The translations under genes were made by a program, and so were the position numbers. From Pedobacter sp. (GTDB lineage: Bacteria; Desulfobacterota; Desulfuromonadia; Desulfuromonadales; Syntrophotaleaceae), in NCBI GenBank assembly GCA_050253415.1, contig JBFWJC010000001.1:288001-352000 (forward strand): DNA of 64,000 nt, written 5' to 3'. Shown here in pieces: positions 1 through 11,003 of the stretch (its first letter is position 1; the number at the start of each line of letters is the position of its first letter). The notes beneath the pieces are model-generated. The model saw nothing but the letters and a program-made list of their open reading frames with translations. It did not search any database and was not told the DNA's origin.

Positions 1-1010
1 GCCCGGGTTCCGTGGGAAATGCGGAAATAGGCGCACAACGGGGTCAGCAGCAGATTGGCCAGCCGCAGGATATCGCTGATCGTGGCGTCATCCGCAGAGA
101 GCAGGGCATGACGAAAGCGTGCCAGAAACAGGGCGGCCAGCACCAGATGCTCTTCGACCGGCGTTCCGTTACGGGTGCGTTTGTCGATACCTTCGAGCAA
201 CGCAAAGGTTTCCTCATCGGCCTCGTAGCCGGCCAGCAGATGGGATAACAGACCCATGGCCTGGGCTTCGCGGAACACCGGTCCGGCAACCGCGTGACGA
301 AAAAGCTCCATGACCTCTTCACGAATGCGTGCCGGGGCCGCCTCCGCTATCAGTGGCCCACGCAGATAAATCGCTTCGCGAATCCCTTCATCGAGGGAAA
401 ATCCCAACCGCGCGCCAAACTCGAGAGCCCGCAGCATGCGTACCGGGTCTTCGGTGAAACGCACCAGGGGATCGCCGATCACCCGCAGGCGCCGGGCCTC
501 GAGGTCTTCAAGTCCCCCTATATGGTCGATAATGGAAAAATCGTCGATATTATAGAACAGGCCGTTGATGGTAAAATCGCGCCGGAAGGCATCTTCGCGG
601 GGTGAACCGAACACATTCTCGGTAAAAAAGAAATGCTCCGCCGGATCGTCGGGCAATTCTTCCGGACGGGGTTGCCGTCGGAACGTCGCGACTTCAACGA
701 TGTAGTTGTCGGCAAACCGGACATGCGCCAGGCGAAAGCGTCGACCGACCAGGAAGCAGTTGCGGAACAGTTTCCTTACCTCATCCGGGGTGGCATCGGT
801 CGCCACGTCAAAATCCTTGGGCCGCCGGTCGAGGAGCAGGTCGCGCACCCCGCCGCCGACCAGGAAGGCCTTGAAACCGTTATTGCGCAAGCGGTACAAG
901 ACCTTGAGGGTGTGTTCGTTAATGTGCTTGCGGGAGATGGTATGTTGCGATCGGGGCAGAATGACGGGGCACCCTTCGCCAGCATCCGTTTCCTTGTCTG
1001 AATCAGTCAT
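1..1010 (-). CDS. pcnB: Poly(A) polymerase I, partial (3' end runs off the window start)
   Basis: Manual minus-strand translation from ATG at 1010 (or 1016) gives LVGGGVRDLLL..PKDFDVAT (nucleotidyltransferase motif) and the PAP I signature LVGRRFRLAHVRF. Confidence 0.9.
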   Translation of the reverse strand, partial: MTDSDKETDAGEGCPVILPRSQHTISRKHINEHTLKVLYRLRNNGFKAFLVGGGVRDLLLDRRPKDFDVATDATPDEVRKLFRNCFLVGRRFRLAHVRFADNYIVEVATFRRQPRPEELPDDPAEHFFFTENVFGSPREDAFRRDFTINGLFYNIDDFSIIDHIGGLEDLEARRLRVIGDPLVRFTEDPVRMLRALEFGARLGFSLDEGIREAIYLRGPLIAEAAPARIREEVMELFRHAVAGPVFREAQAMGLLSHLLAGYEADEETFALLEGIDKRTRNGTPVEEHLVLAALFLARFRHALLSADDATISDILRLANLLLTPLCAYFRISHGTR

Positions 1011-1188
1011 AGGCATCGGCTCAACTGCTTGAATTTTAATGGAATCATGTTTATTCAAAATGCCGTCCAATTTAACAGAGATTATCCCCAAAGGAAAGCG
1101 CCGATGTGTCCACAGCGTTGCAAAGGTATGTTAAATCACCTATCATGCGTTGAAATCTTTTTGTTCCCCCGATTTAAGGTCGATTACC

Positions 1189-2088
1189 ATGACATGCAAC
1201 CTGCTGGTTATCCTCGGCCCGACCGCTTCCGGCAAAACCCGCTTGGGTGTGGAGGCGGCCCGCGCTCTGGGCGGTGAAATCATTTCTGCCGATTCACGCC
1301 AGGTTTTTACCGGCATGGATATCGGCACCGGTAAGGATCTGTCCGAATACGGCGATATCCCCTATCATCTTATCGATATCTGCGCCGCAGGCAGCGAATT
1401 TTCCGTGTTTGATTTCCAACAACACTTTTGCGAAGCCTATGCCGCCATTCGTCGTCGCAATCGGTTACCGGTACTGGTCGGCGGTACCGGGCTGTATCTC
1501 GATTGTGTGCTGCGCAATTATCGCTTGATCAAGGTACCTGAAAACCCCACGCTGCGAGCAGCGCTGGCGGTGTTGAGCATGGAACAACTGGCGCTGCGGC
1601 TGCAGGCTCTCAAACCGGAGCAGCATAACACCACCGATCTGACCAACCGTGAACGGCTGCTGCGTGCCATCGAAATCGCCGAGGGGGAACTGGCCGCGTC
1701 CGACACAGGTCCCGTTCTGCCAGATTTACGCCCGCTGGTATTCGGGGTGCGCTGGGAGCGGAGCCTGTTGCGGCGCCGTATCACCGAACGGCTCAAACAG
1801 CGCCTTGCCGAAGGGCTTATCGACGAAGTCCAGAACCTGCTGAATGCCGGGGTTCCCCACCGGATGATGGAGCATTACGGTCTGGAATACCGGCTGGTCT
1901 CGCAGCATCTGCAGGGCGAACTGAACCGCAACGACATGTTTCAGAAGCTTAACAGCGCTATCCATCAGTTTGCCAAACGTCAGGAAACCTGGTTTCGCCG
2001 TATGGAACGCCAGGGTGTCGCTATCCATTGGTTGGATGGCGACCGGGAGCCCCTTCAGGTTTTGTTGCAGATATTCAAAAACGCCTGA
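1189..2088 (+). CDS. miaA: tRNA dimethylallyltransferase
   Basis: GPTASGKT P-loop, ISADSRQV, VGGTGLY and FAKRQETW motifs. Confidence 0.95.
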   Translation: MTCNLLVILGPTASGKTRLGVEAARALGGEIISADSRQVFTGMDIGTGKDLSEYGDIPYHLIDICAAGSEFSVFDFQQHFCEAYAAIRRRNRLPVLVGGTGLYLDCVLRNYRLIKVPENPTLRAALAVLSMEQLALRLQALKPEQHNTTDLTNRERLLRAIEIAEGELAASDTGPVLPDLRPLVFGVRWERSLLRRRITERLKQRLAEGLIDEVQNLLNAGVPHRMMEHYGLEYRLVSQHLQGELNRNDMFQKLNSAIHQFAKRQETWFRRMERQGVAIHWLDGDREPLQVLLQIFKNA

Positions 2089-2162
2089 AACCGGCACCGC
2101 CTGTTCGCAACCGTCTGCAATGAGACCGTCACCCCCTAACGACTTTATACAAGATTATCACA

Positions 2163-3497
2163 ATGTCCCTGCCTGTCTCAGTGCAACGCTATCTGGAAAA
2201 AAGAGGTCCCGGAGGTCCGTGGCGCATGGAGGGCGATCCGCGCTGCAACTATCAGGGTGCGGTGATTATCCCGGCGCTGGCTGAAAGCGACAGCCTGTTC
2301 GCCACCCTCGACAGCCTGCAAACCAATCCGGCAGCGTTGCTTGAGCAGTTTTTGCTGCTGGTGGTGGTCAATCACCGGCCGGACGCTGCTGCCGGCGATA
2401 AGCAGGATAACTGTCGGACGTTGAGGAAACTGGCGCAAGCAGCTGCCGGTTTGCCGAATCTGGCCTGGATCGACGCGGCCAGTGAGGGGTTGGAGTTGCC
2501 GCTCAAAACCGGCGGTGTCGGCCTGGCCCGCAAGCTCGGGTTCGACCTGGCGCTGGGACGTCTCGATTGGGCAGGAGCCCAGATCCTGGCGACCCTTGAT
2601 GCCGACACTCTGGTTCGGGACGATTACCTGTCGGCTTTGTGCGAGCATTTCGCGATCAGCGTCAACGGTGGGGCAGTGGTGCCGTTTTGCCATCCGCTTA
2701 CCGGTGATATGGCCGAGCAGCAGGCCATCATCGCCTACGAGTTGTATCTGCGGAGCCATGTTCTCGGCCTGCAACTGGCCGGTTCGCCCTATGCCTTTCA
2801 TACCGTTGGCAGTACCATGGCCTGCCGTGCGCGGGACTATGTGCGTGCCGGTGGCATGAACCGTCGCCAGGCCGGCGAGGATTTCTATTTTTTGCAGCAG
2901 GTGGCCAAGACTTCGGGAATTAGCGAAGTTGCCGGCACCGTTGTGTATCCCTCGGCAAGAATCTCCCACCGCACCCCGTTCGGCACCGGACGCAGCGTCG
3001 CGCAACTGGCCGCGGATACCGATCCCGCAAAGCTATATTACGACCCTCGCTGCTATGATGTCTTGGGTAAATGGCTGCAGATGGTAACAGAATGCTGGCG
3101 CAGCGACGCTCGGGAGTTGCTGATGCGGTCTGCAGCCATCAACGCTGCATTGGAGGATTTTTTAGTCAAAGAAAAGTTTCAGGATGTGTGGCCGGGTCTG
3201 TGCCGCAATCACGGTGACGCCAAAACGCGCCTTGCAGCTTTGCACGGCTGGTTCGATGGATTGAAGACCACCCGTTTGATTCACCACCTGATCCATGCCG
3301 GCTGGCATCGGTTGGCAGCTGCGCAGGCGTTGCCGGACCTTTTTCTGAAAGCCGGGTTGCCCTCGACCAGCGATCCCGAACAACAGCTGATTGTGTTGCG
3401 CAGGCAGCAGATTGGTACGGCTTGTGCTTTTTGCAGGTTGTCTGAGAAATCCAGGTATTGTAGGGTGGGCATATTCCCCTGTTTACCAGAGCGCTGA
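2163..3497 (+). CDS. Glycosyltransferase family 2-like protein
   Basis: AVIIPA, LDADT (DxD) and GEDFYF motifs. Confidence 0.6.
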   Translation: MSLPVSVQRYLEKRGPGGPWRMEGDPRCNYQGAVIIPALAESDSLFATLDSLQTNPAALLEQFLLLVVVNHRPDAAAGDKQDNCRTLRKLAQAAAGLPNLAWIDAASEGLELPLKTGGVGLARKLGFDLALGRLDWAGAQILATLDADTLVRDDYLSALCEHFAISVNGGAVVPFCHPLTGDMAEQQAIIAYELYLRSHVLGLQLAGSPYAFHTVGSTMACRARDYVRAGGMNRRQAGEDFYFLQQVAKTSGISEVAGTVVYPSARISHRTPFGTGRSVAQLAADTDPAKLYYDPRCYDVLGKWLQMVTECWRSDARELLMRSAAINAALEDFLVKEKFQDVWPGLCRNHGDAKTRLAALHGWFDGLKTTRLIHHLIHAGWHRLAAAQALPDLFLKAGLPSTSDPEQQLIVLRRQQIGTACAFCRLSEKSRYCRVGIFPCLPER

Positions 3498-3519
3498 CCT
3501 TTTTGCAAAGAGAGCTGTC

Positions 3520-3879
3520 ATGTCAACGGAAACCCTCTCCCGAACTTCAACACGTCGCAGATACCTGACGTGTCCCTTGTTGGTGGTGCGTCAGAGCGGC
3601 CCCTCCGATTGCAAGATTTTTTTCGGTTACGCCCGCAACATAAGTCGCGGCGGGTTGTATATCAGCACGGTCAATCCCCGGGAGCCGGGTAGCCGTTTCG
3701 AGCTTGAAATCCCTATCCCGCCGCTGGGTCGCTGTGTGACCTGTGTTTGCGAAGTGATCTGGAAGCGCGACTTTACCCACACCTCGCCTTACGATCCCGG
3801 CATGGGCATGCGATTTGTGGATCTGGATGAGAATGTCGCACAGGCCATCGATGCCTGGGTTCTGCAGCAGGAAGGGTAG
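3520..3879 (+). CDS. PilZ-domain protein
   Basis: RxxxR, NISRGG and C-terminal GMGMRF motifs. Confidence 0.8.
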   Translation: MSTETLSRTSTRRRYLTCPLLVVRQSGPSDCKIFFGYARNISRGGLYISTVNPREPGSRFELEIPIPPLGRCVTCVCEVIWKRDFTHTSPYDPGMGMRFVDLDENVAQAIDAWVLQQEG

Positions 3880-3915
3880 CCCGTAACGGACTATGTAGCG
3901 AGCTTGGTTCTCAAA

Positions 3916-4287
3916 TTAGTCCCTGTATTTTAAAGCCATTTTTGCCGCCAGATAGATCTGGGTGAGGCATTTGTACACCCGGCAATCGTGACTTTCCCGC
4001 GCGGATAATGCTTTGACGCAACCGTTATAAATCCCCACCCCTTGCTGGATCAGCGGCTCCTGGCCGTCTTCGATAAATGCGGCAAAAGCCTCCTCATCCA
4101 AGGCGAGGCCGCCATTTGCTTCCTTGATGCACGTCTGCTGAAATTGGGCATCGAAATTTCGCCACAGCTTTTGTGACGCTTCATCGGGCAGTTCTTCCTG
4201 CTGCAGGATCTCCAGCAGATTTGCACCTTCGGGGCTGAGTTGCAATACCGCTTCAATCCGTTGTTGCTCGGTTTGCTGGTCGTTCAT
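3916..4287 (-). CDS. Hypothetical protein
   Basis: ORF with ATG after an AAGGGG RBS, directly downstream of the TetR gene. Confidence 0.6.
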   Translation of the reverse strand: MNDQQTEQQRIEAVLQLSPEGANLLEILQQEELPDEASQKLWRNFDAQFQQTCIKEANGGLALDEEAFAAFIEDGQEPLIQQGVGIYNGCVKALSARESHDCRVYKCLTQIYLAAKMALKYRD

Positions 4288-4300
4288 GAATGTTCCCCTT

Positions 4301-4927
4301 TCAGAACTTTTCCTTGGATAAACGCAACCTTTGCAGATAATCATCCACCAGGGCGCTGCCCTGGTCGGCCAATGAAAAGAGGCTTTCATCTATTAACCAG
4401 GAATGGATGATGCCGAGGATCAGGCAGCGAAAGCCGAGAGCAGCCTGCTTGCAATCGAGGTCTGCCGATAGTTTGTCTTCTTGCTGCAGACGGACAAGAT
4501 CTTCCTTGTCCTTTTGTTGCATGCGACAACACTTTTCCTTGAACTGCTCCATAACCGGCTGCAGTTCTTCGGTAAATTCGATCCGAAAAAAGACCAATTC
4601 GAAATAGCGGCGGAATCGCTCGTCCCTTTCCAGATTCAAAAACAATCGCAACAGATTGTCGCGCATATCCGACAGATTGGTGACGGAGAGCAGCAGCAGG
4701 TCTTCAAGGCGGGTCTCGGTGGAGCGCTCGACCTCCTCCTTGATTCCCATGAACAAATCGATCTTATCCTTGAAATGCCAGTAGATGGCACCACGTGTGA
4801 CTCCGGCGCTGAGGGCGATATCCTCTAATGTGGTGCGGGAATAGCCTTTGGCATGGAACAGTTCCAGCGCGGCGTCCAGGATGTCCTGGCGGGTCTGTTC
4901 GGCGTCGGCCTTGGTTTTACGGGCCAT
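4301..4927 (-). CDS. TetR/AcrR family transcriptional regulator
   Basis: MARKTKADAEQTRQDILDAA..GVTRGAIYWHF helix-turn-helix. Confidence 0.92.
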   Translation of the reverse strand: MARKTKADAEQTRQDILDAALELFHAKGYSRTTLEDIALSAGVTRGAIYWHFKDKIDLFMGIKEEVERSTETRLEDLLLLSVTNLSDMRDNLLRLFLNLERDERFRRYFELVFFRIEFTEELQPVMEQFKEKCCRMQQKDKEDLVRLQQEDKLSADLDCKQAALGFRCLILGIIHSWLIDESLFSLADQGSALVDDYLQRLRLSKEKF

Positions 4928-4992
4928 TAAATCGTCTCCTGGAATAAACTCGGCGGCGATGCTGCAGCCGCCGGATCGGATCAAGGTTACCG

Positions 4993-7900
4993 TCATTTTT
5001 GATCTCTGTCCAACCATTTTGCCCGCAATCGTTCGCTGGCTCGTTGGATCACCACGTAAAATACCGGCACGAACAGTAGTAGCAGGAAGGTTGCTGAAAG
5101 CATGCCTCCGAAAACCGCTGTACCCAGAGCCTGACGACTGGCGGCCCCCGCCCCGGTCGCGATGACTAAAGGTGCGACTCCGAGAATAAAGGTCAGTGCC
5201 GTCATCAGGATGGGCCTGAAACGCAGGCGCGCTGCCTCCATGGCCGCATCGACGATCTCTTCGCCTGCATCCCGCTTGGCCTTGGCAAATTCGACGATGA
5301 GGATAGAGGTCTTGGATGACAAGGCAATGAGCAGCACGATACCGATCTGGGTATAGACGTTGACTTCCATGCCGCGCAGCATGACCGCCGAGGCGGTGCC
5401 GAGCAGTGCCAGTGGCACCGACAAGATAATGGCCAACGGGCTTGACCAGCTTTCGTACTGGGCGCACAGCACCAGGTAGACAAACACCACGGCCAGGGCA
5501 AATATAAGCAGACCCTGATTGGCGGTGGTGCGTTCCTGGTAGGACATGCCGGTCCATTCATACCCCATGGTAGATGGTAGCTTGGCTGTGGCCAGATGCT
5601 CCATAAGCGCCAGTGCTTCGCCCGAGCTGTGTCCGGCGGCAGCGCGGCCGTTGATGGTAGCCGACGGGTACATGTTGTAGCGTTTGATTAATTGAGGGCC
5701 AACCGTTTCGTTGACCGAAACCAGGGTGCCCAGCGGGATCATACGCCCATCGGTGTCGCGAACTTCCAGTCGGCGGATATCTTCCGCATCGCTGCGGAAG
5801 GCACCGTCGGCCTGTACCTTGACCTGGTACGTACGACCGAATTTATTGAAATCGTTAACATAGACCGAGCCCAAAAAGGCTTGCAGGGTATTGAAAACGT
5901 TGGACAGTGGCACATTCAGGGTCTTGGCCTGGGTGCGGTCGACATCCGCAAACAACTGCGGTACGTTGGCGCGAAATGTTGTATAGACGCCTTGCAGTTT
6001 GGACTGGCTGTTGGCGTCCTGGATCATGTCCTGCGCAACGTTCTGTAAGGTGGTCAATCCGACGCCGCTGCGATCCTGCAACTCCATGAGAAACCCGCCG
6101 GCAAACCCCAGTCCGCGGATGGATGGCGGGACAAAAGCGAAAATACTGGCTTCCTGGATGGAGCCAAACTCCTGAAACATGCGCCCCACCAATGCATCCT
6201 GGCTGAGGTTAGGGGTTGTGCGTTGTTCCCAGGGGGTGAATACCGCCCAGATGGTGGCCATATTGGAACTGGCGGCACCATCGATAAGGGAAAATCCTAC
6301 GATGGATACCCAGCTGTCGATCCCATCCATCTTTCCTAATCTCTGATTGACCTGCTCCACCACCGCCAGCGTGCGTTCCATGGATGCGGCATCGGGCAAC
6401 TGGATGCTGACAAAACAATAGCCCTGATCTTCGCTCGGTACAAATCCGGTGGGTAGCTGTACAAAGCCCCAGAAGGCCGCCCCGGCCAGCACCGCGAACA
6501 GCACCAGAGTCAGGGTCGCACGTCGTACCAGGCCGCCCAGCAGCCGGGCGTAGATATTCTGGGTGCGCTCAAACGTCCAGTTAAACAGACGGAAAAAGCC
6601 GCGATGACTGACCTTGGTCGGTCGTAACAGGATGGCACACAAGGCCGGACTCAGGGTCAGGGCATTGATGGAGCTGAATACCGTGGCCACGGCGACGGTC
6701 AATGCGAACTGGCGGTAGAGCTGACCGGTGATGCCGCCGAGAAAAGCGGTTGGGATGAAGACCGCAAGCAAGACCAGGGTGGTGGCAATGATCGGTCCGG
6801 TCACCTCCTGCATGGCGCGAAGGGTCGCTTCTCGGGGAGAGAGGCCGAGATCGTCAATATTTCGCGCGGTATTTTCCACCACCACGATGGCATCGTCGAC
6901 CACCACGCCGATGGCCAGTACGATGCCGAACAGCGACAGCATGTTGATACTGACCCCCATGCCGGCCATGACGGCAAAGGTCCCGATCAGTGATACCGGA
7001 ATGGTCAATGCCGGTATCACCGTAGCCCGCCAGTCCTGCAGAAACACATAGATGGTCAGGAAGACCAGCAGTACCGCGATGAGCAGGGTCATGACCACCT
7101 CGTCGATGGCGGTATCGACAAACATCGTAGTGTTAAACGGAATGCGATATTCCAGCCCCTCAGGAAAGGCGTCGGCCAACTGCGCCATTTTGGCTTCAAC
7201 CCGCTCGGCAACCTCCAGCGCATTGGCGCCCGGCAACTGGTAAATACCGATGGCCACACTCGGTTTGCCGTTGAGCTGACAGTAATCGGCATAATTTTTC
7301 GCCCCGAGTTCGACGCGGGCAATGTCTCGGATGCGGATCAGACGCCCTTCGTCAGCGGCTTTGACGATGATATTTCCAAATTGTCCGGCATCCTTGAGAC
7401 GACCCAGGGTGTTGACGGTAAGCTGAAAACTCTGGCCGGTCGGAGCCGGACTTTGACCGATCTGTCCCGCCGCAACCTGCACATTTTGCTCTTCCAGAGC
7501 GTTGATGACATCGCTGGTGGTCAAGCGGCGCGCACGCAGTTTGTCCGGGTCGAGCCAGATGCGCATGCTGTAGTCGCGTGCGCCGAAGATCTGCACATCG
7601 CCGACCCCGTCGACCCGTGCCAGTTCGTCCTTGATGCGCAAGGTGGCGTAATTGCTCAAGTAGAGGGTGTTAAAACGACTGTCTGGAGAAAACAGAGTGG
7701 AAATGAGCAGGATGTTGGTCGACTGCTTTTTGGTCGCCACACCGTTGCGTTTGACCTCTTCAGGCAGCGACGGTTCGGCGATGGCTACCCGGTTCTGCAC
7801 CAATACCGCCGCCATATCGAGGTCGGTACCAACCTCGAACGTCACGGTCAGCGAATATTCGCCGTTGTTGGTGCAGGTGCTCGACATGTAGAGCATTCCC

Positions 7901-8121
7901 TCCACCCCGTTGATCTGCTCTTCAATCGGCTGAGCCACCGTTTCGGCCACCACGCTGGCATTGGCCCCCGGATAGGTTGTTGTTACACGCACCGTGGGCG
8001 GCGCAATTTCCGGGTATTGGGAAATGGGCAGGGTGCGCGCTGCCACCAGGCCGGCAATGACGATGACAATGGAGATAACCGCGGCAAAGATCGGCCGATG
8101 AATGAAAAAACGACTGAACAT
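4993..8121 (-). CDS. RND efflux pump permease (AcrB/MexF family)
   Basis: 1042 aa; MFSRFFIHRPIFA start, GVVVDDAIVVVEN and RFRPILMT motifs. Confidence 0.95.
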   Translation of the reverse strand: MFSRFFIHRPIFAAVISIVIVIAGLVAARTLPISQYPEIAPPTVRVTTTYPGANASVVAETVAQPIEEQINGVEGMLYMSSTCTNNGEYSLTVTFEVGTDLDMAAVLVQNRVAIAEPSLPEEVKRNGVATKKQSTNILLISTLFSPDSRFNTLYLSNYATLRIKDELARVDGVGDVQIFGARDYSMRIWLDPDKLRARRLTTSDVINALEEQNVQVAAGQIGQSPAPTGQSFQLTVNTLGRLKDAGQFGNIIVKAADEGRLIRIRDIARVELGAKNYADYCQLNGKPSVAIGIYQLPGANALEVAERVEAKMAQLADAFPEGLEYRIPFNTTMFVDTAIDEVVMTLLIAVLLVFLTIYVFLQDWRATVIPALTIPVSLIGTFAVMAGMGVSINMLSLFGIVLAIGVVVDDAIVVVENTARNIDDLGLSPREATLRAMQEVTGPIIATTLVLLAVFIPTAFLGGITGQLYRQFALTVAVATVFSSINALTLSPALCAILLRPTKVSHRGFFRLFNWTFERTQNIYARLLGGLVRRATLTLVLFAVLAGAAFWGFVQLPTGFVPSEDQGYCFVSIQLPDAASMERTLAVVEQVNQRLGKMDGIDSWVSIVGFSLIDGAASSNMATIWAVFTPWEQRTTPNLSQDALVGRMFQEFGSIQEASIFAFVPPSIRGLGFAGGFLMELQDRSGVGLTTLQNVAQDMIQDANSQSKLQGVYTTFRANVPQLFADVDRTQAKTLNVPLSNVFNTLQAFLGSVYVNDFNKFGRTYQVKVQADGAFRSDAEDIRRLEVRDTDGRMIPLGTLVSVNETVGPQLIKRYNMYPSATINGRAAAGHSSGEALALMEHLATAKLPSTMGYEWTGMSYQERTTANQGLLIFALAVVFVYLVLCAQYESWSSPLAIILSVPLALLGTASAVMLRGMEVNVYTQIGIVLLIALSSKTSILIVEFAKAKRDAGEEIVDAAMEAARLRFRPILMTALTFILGVAPLVIATGAGAASRQALGTAVFGGMLSATFLLLLFVPVFYVVIQRASERLRAKWLDRDQK

Positions 8122-9308
8122 CAGACTCCTCCCTCTTTCCCCTTTTTGCCGGCGGCGACCGGGGTGTTCTGCGGAGGTTCGGTGACGGCCTGGACGACGA
8201 TGCCGGGACGGGCCTTTTGCAGGCCCTTGATGATAACCCTGTCATTGGCCTCTAAACCGGTTTCCACCACCCGTCGGCCTTCGACCTTGGGTCCAAGAGT
8301 TACTGCGTGATATACAACTTCGTCCTTGTCATCCACACACAACAAGTAATGCCCTTGCAGATCGAGTCCCAGGGCCTCTTCCGGCACCATCAGTGCCTGT
8401 TTAACCTTGCGAATCGGGGCCTGCACGCGAGCAAACAGTCCGGGTAGCAGGCTGCCATCGGCGTTATCGAACACCCCGCGCACCTGAATGGTACCGGTGT
8501 CGGCATCGACCCGGTTATCGACGTAATCGATTTTTCCCGGATGGGGATACCCGGTTTCATTGGACAGTCCCAGGTAAATCGGTGTACGGCCGTTGCCGCT
8601 GGTCGGCGTCTGCTGTTTGGAATTATGGCTTTGAAAATCGAGCAGATCGCGTTCGTTGACGTTGAAATAGACGTACATCGGATCGGTGCTGACGATAGTC
8701 GCCAGCAGGGTTTTCTCCTCTGCTCCCACCAGGTTGCCGACATCGACCAGGCGCCGTCCGATGCGGCCACTCAAGGGGGCGTGGATCCGGGTGTAGGAAA
8801 GCTCCAGGCGCGCTGTCTCGATAGCAGCCTGCGCGGCTGCAACGGCCGCCACCGCCTGGTCGCGCTGGGCGCGTGCTTCAATAACGTCGACTTCGCTTAC
8901 CGCCTGTTCCTCGAAGGCACTCTCTTTACGCTTGAGGGTTGACTCGGTGAGACGCACCTCGGCCTGGCGCATGGCCAGGGTTGCTTCAGCTTCGTCCAGA
9001 CGGGCTTGGTAGGGTTTGGGATCGATGACGAATAGCAGGTCACCCTTTTTCACCAAGGCACTGTCCGTGAAATGGATGCTCTGAAGGTAGCCCTCCACCC
9101 GGGCCCGGATTTCCACCGATGCCACCGCTTCTGTGAGGCCGGAATATTGGGCAAAATGGGTAAAATCCTGGAGTTGCGGCAAAGCTACGGTAACGGCAGG
9201 TGGTGGCGGAGCGACATATTGATTCCGGTCTCGACAGCCAGAGGTTAACAACAGGGCTGCCAGCAGTAGCCCCAGGCCTATTTTAGGTGTTCTGAACAGG
9301 TTGCCCAT
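8121..9308 (-). CDS. RND efflux periplasmic adaptor (membrane fusion protein)
   Basis: Lipobox (TSGC), VEIRARVEGYL and TRIHAPLSGRIG motifs. Confidence 0.93.
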   Translation of the reverse strand: MGNLFRTPKIGLGLLLAALLLTSGCRDRNQYVAPPPPAVTVALPQLQDFTHFAQYSGLTEAVASVEIRARVEGYLQSIHFTDSALVKKGDLLFVIDPKPYQARLDEAEATLAMRQAEVRLTESTLKRKESAFEEQAVSEVDVIEARAQRDQAVAAVAAAQAAIETARLELSYTRIHAPLSGRIGRRLVDVGNLVGAEEKTLLATIVSTDPMYVYFNVNERDLLDFQSHNSKQQTPTSGNGRTPIYLGLSNETGYPHPGKIDYVDNRVDADTGTIQVRGVFDNADGSLLPGLFARVQAPIRKVKQALMVPEEALGLDLQGHYLLCVDDKDEVVYHAVTLGPKVEGRRVVETGLEANDRVIIKGLQKARPGIVVQAVTEPPQNTPVAAGKKGKEGGV

Positions 9309-10831
9309 TATTTGTTCTCCTCAAAGGGTTCTTTTGTCGTGTTGCCGGTTGCCGTATCAGTTGCAGTGTTCCAGCCGCCGCCCAGAGCTTTGTAGACTTG
9401 CACCAGGTAGATGGAGGTGTTCCCACGCGCGGCCGCCTGTTGATTCTCGTTATCGAACAGGGCTCGCTGGGCATCGAGAACATTCTGGAAATCAACCAGC
9501 CCGTCACGGTAGAGGCGAGTTGCCAGTTTCAGGGAGCGTTGCCCCGACTGCACCGAACGATCAAGGGCCTCGAGTCGGGTGCGTTGGTTGAGATATTGAC
9601 TCAGAGCGTTTTCCACCTCGTTCAAGGCATTTAACACCGTCTGCTCGTAGGTCAGCAGCGCCTGCTCCGCTCTGGCATCTTCGACGGCGATTTGGGCACG
9701 CACCCTGCCGCCGTCGAACAGCAGCCAACGAAGGGTCGGTCCGAATCCGAACGCCTTGCTGCTTCCCTGCAGCAGGTCTCCGACATCGAGGGCTTCAAAG
9801 GCGAAGGTGCCGCTTAGCGAAAGTCGCGGATAAAGATCGGCCTTCGCCACGCCTATGCGGGCGGTTTGGGCTGCCAGTTGCCGCTCTGCGCGCCGGATAT
9901 CAGGCCGCTGGCGCAACAGGTCGGCCGGCACTCCGACAGCCAGCTGAGAGGGGGGTACGGGGATCGGAGCCGGGTTTTCCAGCTCTTCGGATAGACTGCC
10001 GGGGGCCTGGCCCAACAATACCGCCAGCGTGTTGAAAGCTTGGTTCAAGCCGACTTTAAGGGGTGGGACTGCAGCTTGGGAGGAGGCAAGCACCTGCTCG
10101 GCCTGGGCTACGTCGAGGCCGGTCGCCAATCCATTGCGGAAGCGGGAGCGGGTCAGCCTCAAGACCTGCTTTTGCGAGTTTATATTGCCTTCGGCCGCTG
10201 CCAGTCGTGCCTGGTAGGTTCGAATATCGAAATACGTGCGGGCCACCTCGGCATACATGCTGATCAGCACATCACCACGATCCTCTTCACTAGCTTGGTA
10301 GTCGGCCTTGGCCGCCTCTACCGAACGGCTGATGCGTCCGAACAGGTCGAGTTCCCAACTGGCGTCGAGGCCCGCGCTATACAGGGTGTCGGTATTACCA
10401 CCATTGGAGTACCGTCCGTTCTTACTGCTGCGCTGGCGGATGGCGCTGCCCTCGGCATTTGCCTCCGGCCACCAGGATCCCCGCGCGACACCGAGGTAAG
10501 CGCGTGCTTCGCGAACCCGGGCTATCGATTGCCGGACGTCCAGGTTGGCGGTTTCGGCCTGAGTAATGAGCCGATCAAGCAGAGGATCACCAAACGACGA
10601 CCACCAACGGTGGATTACCGCCTTGGCCGGTATCAGTGCGGGATCCTGCGCCAGTTGCCACGAGTCAGAAGCTTTGATATCCGGCGGACTATAGTCCGGA
10701 CCGACCGTCATACATCCTGCTAGCAGCAATAATCCAACAAATCCCCCTAACAGGGCTGGTAATCGAAGCCTGCCTGCCTGGCCGCTTCCGTTTTGTGCTT
10801 CGACTTTTTTAATCATCATAATGGGCCTCAT
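9308..10831 (-). CDS. RND efflux outer-membrane lipoprotein (OprM/NodT family); start uncertain
   Basis: LAGCMTVGPDY lipobox, WELDLFGR, LLRQRPDIRRAE and YKALGGGW motifs. Confidence 0.92.
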   Translation of the reverse strand: MRPIMMIKKVEAQNGSGQAGRLRLPALLGGFVGLLLLAGCMTVGPDYSPPDIKASDSWQLAQDPALIPAKAVIHRWWSSFGDPLLDRLITQAETANLDVRQSIARVREARAYLGVARGSWWPEANAEGSAIRQRSSKNGRYSNGGNTDTLYSAGLDASWELDLFGRISRSVEAAKADYQASEEDRGDVLISMYAEVARTYFDIRTYQARLAAAEGNINSQKQVLRLTRSRFRNGLATGLDVAQAEQVLASSQAAVPPLKVGLNQAFNTLAVLLGQAPGSLSEELENPAPIPVPPSQLAVGVPADLLRQRPDIRRAERQLAAQTARIGVAKADLYPRLSLSGTFAFEALDVGDLLQGSSKAFGFGPTLRWLLFDGGRVRAQIAVEDARAEQALLTYEQTVLNALNEVENALSQYLNQRTRLEALDRSVQSGQRSLKLATRLYRDGLVDFQNVLDAQRALFDNENQQAAARGNTSIYLVQVYKALGGGWNTATDTATGNTTKEPFEENK

Positions 10832-10936
10832 GGTTCGCTGAACAGGAAAAGAAGAACAAACATACACGAATGTATTTAACGCGGCAAATAAAAAATAGCT
10901 CGTCAACGTCTACCTTTGTTCGGTAAATGGCCCCAT

Positions 10937-10965
10937 AAAAAAAGGGCCCGACAGTTGTCGGGCCC
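10937..10965 (-). terminator. Intrinsic terminator of cydAB
   Basis: GGGCCCGACA/TGTCGGGCCC stem followed by a T run on the minus strand. Confidence 0.85.
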
Positions 10966-11003
10966 CTTGGGTGAAATAGCCTGCCCTGCAGGCCGTATGA
11001 AAG

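Noticed and set aside
4928..5557. N-terminal extension of the TetR ORF to 418 aa
   Set aside because: Overlaps the RND gene in another frame; the MARKT start has its own AGGAG RBS.
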